Below are positions 24,260-35,349 of a DNA stretch of 64,000 bases, piece by piece. Positions within the stretch are counted from its first letter, which is position 1; every line of letters begins with the position of its first letter. The position numbers were made by a program, and so were the translations under genes. Origin of the DNA: Setoptus koraiensis. Its lineage: Eukaryota; Animalia; Arthropoda. The stretch covers positions 23,126,001 to 23,190,000 of the forward strand of contig CM106585.1 in the NCBI GenBank assembly GCA_048013815.1, in the 5' to 3' direction. The notes below the pieces were generated by a model. That model did no database searches. It was not told the origin of the DNA and saw nothing but the letters and a program-made list of their open reading frames with translations.

Positions 24260-24722
24260 CTTTGAATTACAAACCTGTATAAAATATCTTCGCTAACTTT
24301 AATTTTGAAACGGTCGTATTAAATATTACTTTCTCGCTAATTTAACATTTCTTAAAAATCGCATTAGTCCACTTGGATCGCAAGGATCTCAAAAAGGGGC
24401 CCTAGCTTGGTGGGGCCCCAATAGCGCGTATCAGGGCGCGCTTCAACATTGTGTGGTCAGCGGAGCTTCACGAATCTAGGGAGCACGCGCCAGTTTCAAA
24501 TGGTCTGAATATTACGTCAGAGTACAACGTTTGGCATGTGGGGCACGTTTGATAGGAGGTGTCTATTGTAATGTATAGACTCAGTAACTCAGTATTGACT
24601 GTATTTATTAAAAAAAATGTACCGTTACACATTTCATATGATGCTGTTCAATGGTCTGTTGAGGAGTATGTGCAGTAGTAATTCATCTATGAATGATCAA
24701 TATCTAGTTTTTTGATTCGTGA

Positions 24723-26954
24723 TCACAATTCGCTCACTGGAAATGAAACTGATCCACATCTTGTGGGACCGTAGACTCTTAAAATCATCTTGATTGACTG
24801 AGAGTCTACTCTTAAGTTTGATAGGTCCACGTAGCCTATGCGACCCTTCTCTGACTTGGCCAAATATTTACCAGGAGGATTTTCATGCATCCTGAGTACT
24901 AATACTACTTCGCCTTTCTTCAACTTCAAATCATGTTTGTTCTTTCGCGAACAATCGTCTTTGACAACTCCAGCGCATAATGGTACCTCTAATCCGGTCA
25001 AGCCGAATTTCTCACCTGACTTCAAGGCTAATATCTCACGTTTTTTGAATATTCTGAATATACCTTTGACATTTGCGTTGTCATTACTCTTACTGATCAA
25101 TTTTTCATAATTATCACCTTTAGAAAATGCGTCCATTTTATTATAAGGACAACTTATAAAGTTGTCAATACTGCTCATGCAGTTGTGGTGCGGAGAACTA
25201 CACTGCATTTCTACTGTATTTCTGATGGGTGTAATCGGCATATCTGTCGACGATATCTCGCTACTGCTTGACCAGATCCTGTTTATTGCATCTATTGGAT
25301 ATATCATTTTATACGTAGAAGATGATTGGCTTTGGTTCGGTCCAAAGGGCACATTCAATGTGTTGCAGGCTAGATCAGATACTTTAGAATATACAATACT
25401 ATCAGCTTTCTCATCACAAGAGCCGTGGGTCAAGTTTGCGATGCTTTCATCGGTTATTGTTTCGTAAATAGCCTCTTCGGAATCATCGTTATCACTAGAA
25501 TCGCTATGATCCATACTGCTTGAAGTGGAGGAGGACATGAAGCCATAGGCAAAGAGATGATGATCTATACTTGATTGAAAAGTAGGTGAATTTAATTCAT
25601 TGTAGTAATTATTATTTTCTTGATGGTCAGTTTTGCGTTGTAAATGCTCGGAAACAACATTCCAGTTGATATAGGTTTCTTGATTGGTAGTGTCGGGTGC
25701 TATTCTGGGCGGAAGAGGAGGTGGCTCAGAAAGTTCTTCTTGATTTTCATCTTTCGCATTGGATTTTGATTTGTCTGATCCGATAGCATCGTTAGTTGGT
25801 GAAATAGATGAACCATTGCGAAAAGGATTGACGTCTTGATTCTGCGAAAACATCTGCATTAGTGATTGGCGTTTAGTGAGCATCATAAACTCATTCACAA
25901 TCATTTGTTGCATGTTCATTTTAGGATCTGAACTATGACTCGGCTTGATCAGTCGATTATTTAATGCGGATATCTGCTGAGAGTGCTCTTTTATAACAGG
26001 TGTCGATTGCGTGTTGTTATTTTTTGCGAGGCTCTGTCTTGGTTTAGGCGTTGGGCACGATTTTAGTTTTGATGTTTTCTCGGGTACCACTTCGTCAGCG
26101 GGCGGATGAGTCACAATAACAGGAGTATCAAAAGAGGCTGTGGACAAGCAACTTTCATTGCTCGAGGTACATCGCTGGGAATTTTCATCCGGATAGAATT
26201 TATTGTTTGTCTCTTTTTCGCGCGAATAGTGTGCCAAGCAATTTGAATCATTGTGTAGCGTCTCACTTGTTTTGTCTGCATCGATGGATGAAGCTGATGA
26301 AATATTTGGTTTAGTCGATGGGTTATGTTGATGATTAGCTTCTTCTAATATGGGATAATCTGCTAATAAAAGACGTCCTTCGAAGCTTTGGCTTTGAAAT
26401 TTGTCCTTCTTATTCTTTTTGCTGGTTCCTCTTTTGAGAAACGACGCCAACGAAGCAAAAGAAGATTGTTTCTTTTTGGCAAACGAATCTCTTTTGTGGT
26501 CTACATTTTGGTTATTGGTTTGGGCTTGTTGTTGTTGTTGTAAATTGTTGGAAGATTTTTTAGCTTTGTGTTGCTTTGATTCCTTATGAGAATTGTTTAA
26601 GTTGATTAAGTTTGAAGTGTCCTCGTTATGTGCTTCATGTTCAGATGGCGTGACGAGCGCCCCAATCTGACCAGTTATGTAATTGAAACCTCGTGCAAAT
26701 TGATTGTTGTGATATTCATCATCATCATCATGGGCACCATTTTGATCAATAGTTTGATGACCTTTGTTGGCTGTAATATAATTGTTGTTGGCGCTATTAG
26801 TATGGTTGTTATTATTGATCAATTGCTTGAACGAGCTTATGCTTGACGTTCCATCGTCGTCATCATTCATTATGTCCGTAGGAGCGTTGTTGTGTTTGAC
26901 ACTAATGATTGCCCTCTCTTGAAAGAATTGTTTCAGTTCCTTGACATTGGACAT
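24723..26954 (-). CDS. FYB/ADAP-PRAM1-like adaptor: long disordered region plus C-terminal helically extended SH3 domain, intronless
   Basis: C-terminal DLKLKKGEVVLVLRMHENPPGKYLAKSEKGRIGYV preceded by a basic helix matches the ADAP-type hSH3 pattern (..DNPEGKWL.R...G.YGYV). Also PPPLPPR and acidic YETI/YSKV motifs; 743 aa. Confidence 0.72.
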   Translation of the reverse strand: MSNVKELKQFFQERAIISVKHNNAPTDIMNDDDDGTSSISSFKQLINNNNHTNSANNNYITANKGHQTIDQNGAHDDDDEYHNNQFARGFNYITGQIGALVTPSEHEAHNEDTSNLINLNNSHKESKQHKAKKSSNNLQQQQQAQTNNQNVDHKRDSFAKKKQSSFASLASFLKRGTSKKNKKDKFQSQSFEGRLLLADYPILEEANHQHNPSTKPNISSASSIDADKTSETLHNDSNCLAHYSREKETNNKFYPDENSQRCTSSNESCLSTASFDTPVIVTHPPADEVVPEKTSKLKSCPTPKPRQSLAKNNNTQSTPVIKEHSQQISALNNRLIKPSHSSDPKMNMQQMIVNEFMMLTKRQSLMQMFSQNQDVNPFRNGSSISPTNDAIGSDKSKSNAKDENQEELSEPPPLPPRIAPDTTNQETYINWNVVSEHLQRKTDHQENNNYYNELNSPTFQSSIDHHLFAYGFMSSSTSSSMDHSDSSDNDDSEEAIYETITDESIANLTHGSCDEKADSIVYSKVSDLACNTLNVPFGPNQSQSSSTYKMIYPIDAINRIWSSSSEISSTDMPITPIRNTVEMQCSSPHHNCMSSIDNFISCPYNKMDAFSKGDNYEKLISKSNDNANVKGIFRIFKKREILALKSGEKFGLTGLEVPLCAGVVKDDCSRKNKHDLKLKKGEVVLVLRMHENPPGKYLAKSEKGRIGYVDLSNLRVDSQSIKMILRVYGPTRCGSVSFPVSEL

Positions 26955-29900
26955 TGTTGTTGTCGTGATTGTTATAATTGTATGGAGTAATTGATTGATT
27001 TTCCTATTGTTGTATATTATATATATATGTGAAATAATATTATATAATATAATAATGTATGGTGTGTTGGCTGGCCTGTGATATTGGTTGGCGAAAATGG
27101 TTGTGGTTGTTGTCGTTCATGGGGTTCAGATATTATAATTATTGAGTGTGTTTATTTAATAGTTTAATAGTGCATTGGTCAGCATCGGTGGCAAGATGAT
27201 GAGTAAGTGAGTAGCGGCGGCACTCACTGGTGGTAACTCGATAAATCAACATCATCATCAGCGAATAATAAGTGATATATTAACCGATCGGCAACAATAA
27301 GTTTTTCTTGTTGTTGTTGTTGTTGTTTTTGTGCCATTCTGTGTTAAATGAGCAGCGATTTAGCATGACTAGTACGCTGGTGTGGTACCATGTATTACCA
27401 TGTTTATGTGAGCGATTGTGTGCAAAAACATATTTCTCTTTTTTGTCGTGCGCCGTGGATATAGTTTTGAATAGTGTTCACAATATTCTGTGATTATTAT
27501 TAGTCATTTATATAAGTAATAAGCAAGCGGTGGTAATAGTAACTTTTCCATTCCATTCCATCACAATGTGCACAATGTTGTAGCCGATGCAAGTGCCTAC
27601 AAGTGGTAGCAGCCTGCGTTATAGTCAATAAATGACTAAAATTACTGCTCACATGCTCATTAGGCTGCAACTTGTTGCCTGTTATGCCTGAGTGGCGGCA
27701 CGTTGATGTCAAAGTTGTTTCATGGTGATGTTACTGTCGTCTTTGCAAGCACCATCATGTGTGCTGCTGCTGCAATCTGCAGATAGAGAAAGAGAGAGTC
27801 GTCGTATTTCCAATTGCATGCCAAACGTATACTAATTCCAATCGACGCCAATTGACGCTTGCCTCCGACAAACACTCTGGCTCTTCAGCTCACTCGTGTG
27901 ATAATGGCAACACACATTATAACATCGACACACACTACAACACACTATCTAGCGCAGACAGTCTACGTGTTACGCATCTTATCTAATCTCGTTAGTTAGT
28001 CATGTAGTTGCAATCGCTTTAGTTGTTCATTTTAATTTCAATTGTTCCCGCCGGCCTGTTATCTCAATCATGTACAAAGTAAGCTGTTGATTAAACTAAT
28101 TAACTGTAGCACTACTGACAGTGCAAAAGTTGTCCCAATTGCTTGCACGAATCAATTTAACTTCAATTGTCAACTTTGCTAGTTTGTGATTCACAAATTG
28201 TCAATGCGCTTCGATTCGCGAATTGTCAGTTCGATGATAACTCGATGATATAGATCGACAGTAAGTCGATTTTAACTCGACACACAGACAGACAGTTGCC
28301 CGCAGACTCGATGGAGCCGGTGGAACGCGTGTTGCTACCGCAATGCACTGCAATGAACGGTTAAAAGTACTTGAGCTGTTCAAGTTGAACTTACAACTTG
28401 TTAATACTTGTAACAAATACTAAATAAACTAATAACCTGTTGCCGTCTCCAGTGTATGAAAGTATAACTTTATTTATGACTAACTTGGTGCAGTCAACGT
28501 GCGTACTCGTGTTAACATTGGTCCAAGATTTGCGCGCGCTTTCCCAGCACTCACTTTTGCATTGAACTTACATTGTACTGTCCATGTTATTTATAAGCAT
28601 ATAGGGTGCAAGGAGCAAATGCCCAAGGTTCAAAAGAACCTGTGCAGCACACAGGCACAGAGAGTACAAAGTAGCATTGTGTGCCCGAGCTCCACTGCGG
28701 CGCCAAACATGCCCAGAGTATTGCTTAGGCACGAACTGTGCGATCTAACAATCTTGTAACAATCCTGCTAGCGCATTGTGGCCAACTTACAAGTTGACAA
28801 CTTGAAGTTGTTGGCCAGACCAACTGCTTTATGATGATGCACCCTCATTGGTTCGCAAAACGTCCGCGAGGGCATTGCATTGGTGCGGCGCATTGTTTGT
28901 TAATTGTTAATGTTATGTGATGTAAAGATGTGTAAAAGATGTTATATTGGCTGTTATACTGGCCATAGTGGCTGGTATCAGTGGCCATGGTTGCGGCACC
29001 ACAGTGCACAGTACGCGTTGGCACACACTGTGCACTGTGCAGTGTGGCAATGGCTGTTCTCAAGTGTTTATTTGATGCAATAAGCGAATATTCGAGCGAC
29101 GCGATCACATTTCACAATGTCACAAGCAACTAAATAAAGTTGAGTTAACTAAAGTCATGGGTGAACTTTAGACTATTAGTTGACTCATTATTGGACTATA
29201 GTGACTTTGGTTGGCATGCACAATATTTGGTGTATGGCATGATGATAGGATATGGTTGTTTGAAGCGACACAAATTGTTGTTTAGATAGATATAGCATTA
29301 GCATGCGACTGATCCAAGCAGCGAGCGTTCGATTTTAGCTGCCAGCGAGTGTCACAACTAGTGACATGGCGCACACTGTGAGCTGTGGTATAGTGGTGAT
29401 GCGCCGCTCTCACTGGGCGATCGCTATGTGTTGCTATGTGGCTTGATATTGGTGTATGATGTTGATATTCGTGCATCATTTGGTGTTCGTATGATGTTGA
29501 TATTCGTGCATGATTTGATATTTGTGTGCGATTTGATATTTGTGTGTGTGATTCGGTTTGATTTGGCTTGATTCGGCTGGGATTCATTTCACAATTGTCA
29601 GTGCACTCGTGTTCACATTCACGCTCGGATTTTGTCGATTGCGTTCGGATTTACGCTCACATTTCTGTTCCTATTTGTGTAACAGTTGATTGTCTGTTCA
29701 GTTGTTTTTGGAACACAATTGAGCGCGTTGAACAATAACGAAGCGTGGGCTAACTCTGTCGCGTCGGAAGCGCTCACTTCTCGCCGTTGTCCGTTCTCTA
29801 TCGGCTCACACTGGCAGCAACAGCAACAGCAACAGCATCGACACTGGCAGTGGCAGTGGCACAACTGTTGTTGTCGCTGTGGTGTCGACATTGTGCTATA

Positions 29901-29995
29901 TCACTCAATGAATCAACCAGACTGATTCAACTATTAATTATTAACTATATAATAACTGTTAATTAGACACTCTCACCCATTACATTATATGGACC

Positions 29996-30979
29996 ATGAT
30001 GGACGATTATATCAACAATTTAAGTTTACAATTAATGGCCGAAGTCAATTGTGATGACGCTCTATTAAACGACATCGATTGTAGTTTGTTTGGCTCAACG
30101 AGATTCCTATTATCGCCAGCCAGTTCGCCCTCGTCGCCGCCTGCCTCTTGGTATTCGTCGTCTAATGATGACGAAACACCCTCATCTATGTCATCTATGT
30201 CTATAATCACCACGACATCGCACCAAACAGGCCAAGCGTCGCTAACATCAACAACACCGCTAAATCTGAGTAATCAATCTTCGCCACTCAATCAATCGCC
30301 AACATCGTCGTCCGTCAATTTAGTTCAACAAATCAAATGCGAACCACTATCCCCGACGCACTACACCTCTTATCACACCACTAACAAACAAATCAAAATC
30401 GAACCGCTATCCCCGACGCACTACGCCTCTTATCACACTCCGAACAAACAAATCAAAGTCGAACCACTATCCCCCACGCACTACACCTCTTATCACACTA
30501 CAAACGAACAACAACAACAACAACCACAACTACTACTACTAAACAAATCAACTAATGGGACAATAGGCAATACATCAACAACTACAAACAAATCAACAAC
30601 AACTGCTGGCAACCTAGAACAGGACAAGACCTTTCCCTGTACCTATGATGGCTGTTGCAAAATATACTCAAAGAGTTCCCATCTTAAAGCCCATCTAAGG
30701 CGTCACACCGGAGAAAAACCCTTTGTGTGCACTTGGCCCGATTGCGATTGGCGATTCTCGCGCTCAGATGAACTGTCCAGACACAGTAGGTCCCATTACG
30801 GCATTAAACCCTATGTTTGTACTCTTTGCTCAAAGCGTTTCTCTAGGTCAGATCATTTAACTAAACACTTGAAGATACACAGGAAAGATACGCCAAATAT
30901 TGAATTGTTTATGCCGGAGAAAAGGAAGGCAGGAAGAAAGCCAAAAAGCCAAACGCAAATAACAACGGCAACCAAATAA
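29996..30979 (+). CDS. KLF15: Kruppel-like factor with three C2H2 fingers, KLF15-like, intronless
   Basis: [37 protein letters not shown] and RSDHLTKH; LRRH and [11 protein letters not shown] are KLF15-type residues. Confidence 0.85.
   Translation: MMDDYINNLSLQLMAEVNCDDALLNDIDCSLFGSTRFLLSPASSPSSPPASWYSSSNDDETPSSMSSMSIITTTSHQTGQASLTSTTPLNLSNQSSPLNQSPTSSSVNLVQQIKCEPLSPTHYTSYHTTNKQIKIEPLSPTHYASYHTPNKQIKVEPLSPTHYTSYHTTNEQQQQQPQLLLLNKSTNGTIGNTSTTTNKSTTTAGNLEQDKTFPCTYDGCCKIYSKSSHLKAHLRRHTGEKPFVCTWPDCDWRFSRSDELSRHSRSHYGIKPYVCTLCSKRFSRSDHLTKHLKIHRKDTPNIELFMPEKRKAGRKPKSQTQITTATK
30329..30508 (+). repeat. Coding tandem repeat, 3 x 60 bp ([20 protein letters not shown])
   Basis: Units 30329-30388, 30389-30448 and 30449-30508 are near-identical at the nucleotide level. 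Confidence 0.95.
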
Positions 30980-31320
30980 CAACACCGAGCGAGTGTTTCT
31001 TCAACTCTAATTTACATTGTTATTAAGTTTACTTATTATTATTATTATTCCTATTATTATTATTCCTATTATTATTATTATTGTTATTTAAAAAATGCTG
31101 ACAACAGCACACGTTATTATTTAGTTATGGATTTACAAATACAACTTGCAACAACCAATGGACCGATAGACCAATTGACCATGACCGCTGCCAGTGACCA
31201 AAGCTGATGTGTTTTTTTGCTTCTTTTCGCAATCTACTACGGCTAGGGCTAGTGGATGTATTCGACTTTGGGGAAATTGGGTTTGCATGTTTAAGTTGAG
31301 ATTGTTGAGAGTTTACTTAC

Positions 31321-34300
31321 CGTTTACCATGAGCTTAATTACCTTTCTCAAATGGTGTCCATCGGCGCCCGATTGAATTGTGTTGTCTGGCGAGCTTGAT
31401 AGGTGGTGCGCATTACTCGCGCGACATTCATACAATCCCGAATCGTTTATAGAGGCTCTGTCTATTTTGAAGCTCTTGCTGGGTATGGTACTCATGTCTG
31501 TGTGTGTGTGTTTGAGTGGATAAATATAAATTAAATGTTGTCATCGTTTGTTATTTCGATTACATGCCGACTAGTGGTGGTGATGTGATTTGCGCGTGAT
31601 ACTTTTGTTTGCCCAGTGAGCGCAGGCAGATCGGGTGGAGATAATGTTACGCAAGGTTTGATCGAAATGTCGTCCAGTATTCGCTTTAATCGAACAGTTT
31701 GGAGACATACGTAAGAGATACAATGACGGTGTTGACCTGAGCCAACACTGAAGATTGTGTTGGCCGAACACACGAAAATGTGGCACAAACTAGTGAGTTT
31801 GCCAAAGAGAGAGAGACAGAGCGGCAAAAATCAACTATTGCAGTCACCGACGGCTATGTAATTTGGCGCCGGATCGGCCCCTACTATCGAGGTCCGAAAC
31901 GAACAAGAGGTCGTGATTGATGAGGGCAGCACCTTGCGTGCTGTATGTGCCGTTGCAACAGCAATTTGTATAAGTTGTTGGTTGTGTGCTCTGTCATTTC
32001 TGGCTGCCGACAAACGGAGCCCCAATGCGACCCCAATGCCCAGGTCTGTGTGTGCCAGGCGAAACGGCCAGCTTATCTGGCCGCGAGCTGTCGTGGGTGG
32101 ATGTAGCCGCTCAGCACAGGTAAAGCGAGCTATTCTTTCTGGGATTGGAAAAGCTCAAAAGTCGAGAAGCCCCCGCGCCCCCTATCATTATTATTATTGT
32201 TATTTTTGTTTGTTTGTTTTTCGTTTGTGTTCGTCATGCTGAATATCCATGCACATCCACATCTTCTTTTGATACATCTCTTGATAGTTGGCTCGCTTTT
32301 GACTGTGGCACAAACCAACCGGCACAGGTAACAAACGCACTCACTCGAACTGGCTAGGCTGACACTGGTGCTAGTGCCAACAACAACGATAGTCGTCGTA
32401 ATAACTGTACCGTTGCCACCGTAATCATTTGTACCTAAGTAACCATTAATGGACGGCCGCAATCTGTGTTGCACTCGCAACGGTGTTGTTAGTCCATTTA
32501 GTTAGTTGGCGGCGGCAGAACCACCAAACTGATGGTGCCGTTTTGTTGTTTGTTTGCACCCTGTAACGGCCTATTGCACGTACCAGCCTTTGAACAACAT
32601 AACAAATCGATTAAAGATTGAAAGTACCTCTAGGTGTCTCACAGTCTCACAATCTCTCTCCCTCTGTCTCTGTCTCCCTGTTGTATTATGTAATACGTTG
32701 TTCGCTCGCTCGCTCGCTCGTCCGTTTGTTTGTTTGCTCGTCTGTTCGTCTGTGTCTCTGGTTGGCTCTGGTGGTTGAATCATCAGCACCAACCAGAGCA
32801 CAACAACAGCTGATGATGTAACACGTGAGAATAATAATAATTATTGTTGTGGCGCTCGCTTTCTTCGGCCCCCGCGTGATTTTTGGCCGCTCGACGGCGA
32901 CCCGACAGGACAAAACAAAAAACGCGCAGACCCATTTGTTAAAACTTCTCTCTCCTTCGTGCGCATATATTATCACATTGTCAATGCTCTGTATTTAGCC
33001 AAATACTCACCTCTTAGTCTAGTCCAAGTTATGACTGGCGCTGGTTGGCCGCTAGCGTCGCATTCCATCTGCACTGATTTACCTGCCTTCACGGAAATGT
33101 CGCTAGGCTCCTTGAGCCATTTGAGGCGCACTGATTTTTGTGTTCATCCAACGGCCAGCAATGATGACCCAATAAGGAGTGTGCGATTTTTGGTTGGCGA
33201 CATTTAGATGGTTCCACATTCATTGATTGGGTTGGCAAGCGATTTGGTTTGGCAACAATCGGCATCGGTCATCAATTGTCATGGTGAGCGTTACGTAATG
33301 AAAACGAGAGAGCAATAAAAAGGAAGCCAATAGAAGAAGGGAGGCAATAGAGAAAGGGAGACGATAGAAAAAAGGGGCGATAGAGAGAGGAAGAGGCGAT
33401 AGAAAAGGGAGGCGATAGAGAAAGTGAAAGTGGTTAGTTGGTGATAGTTAGCAGTTGGCACGAGCAACAACAATATGGCACGAGCAACAACCGTCTCGGT
33501 TTGTGTGAAATGTGTATGTCAAGACACATTTCACGTTCACACAAAAGTATCCGTTCATCGTTGTGGTCGACTAATTTATGATTGATGACGATACCCGACA
33601 CACGACAGACTGAACGGAGCACGATATTCATTGGCGATGGTGCTATATTGGTCGGTGGCGATGAGTGTGGTGGTCAGTGCGATGACATGCGACCACCGCC
33701 ATCCATTTAGTATGTCCATCGGTTTGATAGCGGTCAGTCACGGAATCACTCGCAATCATCGCGTATGCCGCGTATTTGAACCTTGCGCAACACCACAACC
33801 TAGCTATAGGTTGCGGGGAGCTATCTAATGAAACTAGATGATGTGGTGGCAATAATAATAGCAATGATAATAATAATAGCAATAATAATAATAATAATAG
33901 CAATAATAATAATAATAGTAATAATAATAACTGCAATAGTAGTAATAATAATAATAATGGCGAAAATGATATAAATGATAAAAATGATAAAATGGTGAAA
34001 ATGATAATGATAATAGCTGTGCACACTAGACTGCACCTCCATTGGAAATGGTCATGCCCACACAATGGCTAGCTGACTGCCAAGAGAGTCATTTGTCGTT
34101 GTTCACTGTTGCCGAATCATTAATAACTATTACGTAACACACGTACACATAGAGAACATACGAGGCAAATAAATATCCTACAAATAGTGAGCGAGCGAGA
34201 GACTCACCATTAACGAATATTCGCACTGACGACGAATCTTGACCATTGTTATTTCTGGCCACGCAAGTGTAATTTGCTCTGTCGTATTGAGTGAGATTAA

Positions 34301-35349
34301 TAATTTTTAACATTGAGGCCGTATCATCCATTTGGGTTATTATCATGTGCTGCTGCTGCTGTTTCCTATTGCTGTTATTATTCTGGCTAGTGAGGTAGTT
34401 TTGTTGTTGCTGCTGTTGGCCACTTGTTCCACTTGATTGCAGCAACACTGATGATGATGATGGCGTTACTGACCAACTAATTCCATTGCTAACGCGCTGG
34501 TTATAATGATGATTGTATGAATTAACATAACTGTTATCAAGTAATTCATCATTCTTTCGCCATTCAAATGTCATCTGTTTTGCCTGCTGATCGTTATTGG
34601 CTGATTTGGCACCATTGTTGCTGTTATGTTGTTGTTGCTGTTGCTGCTGATCATTAGCAGTGGACGTCAGCGAGGCCGTGCAAAACAACTTCAACTCGGC
34701 GCCCTCCTCGTAACTGTCGAGCGCCGACAGGGGGATCAATTTGGGCGCCTCTGTTTGCGCAATCAATTAAGTAGATCAAGTGCACGTGGTAGCGGTAAGT
34801 GTGCGTCAAGTGATCGCCAGATGAAACCAGACGAAGGGCGCGTATCGATATTAATTAAATGACGTGATATGTATTAATTAAATGATCGTAATTGAATCAA
34901 TTATAGCAAGCGTCAGCATATTGCACTTTGTTGTGATTAGCCCGCTGGTGTGACTTACCCGCTGTACTGGCCAATGCGGTGTGATTTATTAAAAATAGAG
35001 GCACCAATAATATGATTGTTCCTATTAGATGATATTGCTTACAACGCCAATTTAATTGTGTCGACTGTGCACAATAAAATCTGACACTTGATGACGCCGC
35101 TGTCTGTCGTTTGCTGTTTGTCATTGTTGGTTGCGTCATCAAGACACGAGCTGTCTCTGTTTTGCTTGTTCCGGCAGCACAAATATCATCGTGGCCCAAA
35201 TGTGACCATGATGATATTGTGCAATTTGTTGAGACCGAATCGGGTGAGACTGACAAAAGACGCTCATTGATGGTGATCACATTAAATGGGTTAGTGGCTA
35301 CTCTGGGGCCTCTGTTATGCTGGCCGCTGTTTCTATTGGTGCTGGCCAT
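31321..35349 (-). CDS. Dscam-like: sDscam-beta-like cassette B: signal exon, Ig7-like exon, split Ig8-like exons
   Basis: Exons 34959-(35139 or 35349) ending in a hydrophobic leader; 34208-34750 (EAPKLIP..EEGAELKLFC..FEWRKND..DRANYTCVARN..VNG); 33011-33130 (VRLKWLKEPSDISVKAGKSVQMECDASGQPAPVITW); 31321-31497 (FKIDRASINDSGLYECRASN..LRKVIKLMVNG). All junctions are phase 1 with GT-AG. Confidence 0.85.
33849..33958 (+). repeat. Compound (AAT)n/(AGC AAT) microsatellite in a cassette B intron
   Basis: Runs of AAT interrupted by AGC, AGT and GAT. Confidence 0.9.

Noticed and set aside
24391-24530. U11 snRNA, suggested by the AAAAAGGG start on the plus strand
   Set aside because: No Sm site (AATTTTTG-like) at the expected distance and no similarity beyond the first 8 nt.
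28201-28416. FNIII-like start (VPPAPSSLRAT...RSISSS) as the missing Dscam constant exon
   Set aside because: No conserved Trp/Tyr core, wrong splice phase for a phase-1 donor, and no accompanying Ig9, TM or further FNIII exons.
31845-31945. Minus-strand phase-1/phase-1 exon candidate (RKVLPSSITTSCSFRTSIVGADPAPNYIAV) between the Ig8 halves of cassette B
   Set aside because: Weak splice sites, the Ig8 fold is complete without it, and the opposite strand carries the more informative Ig-like signal.
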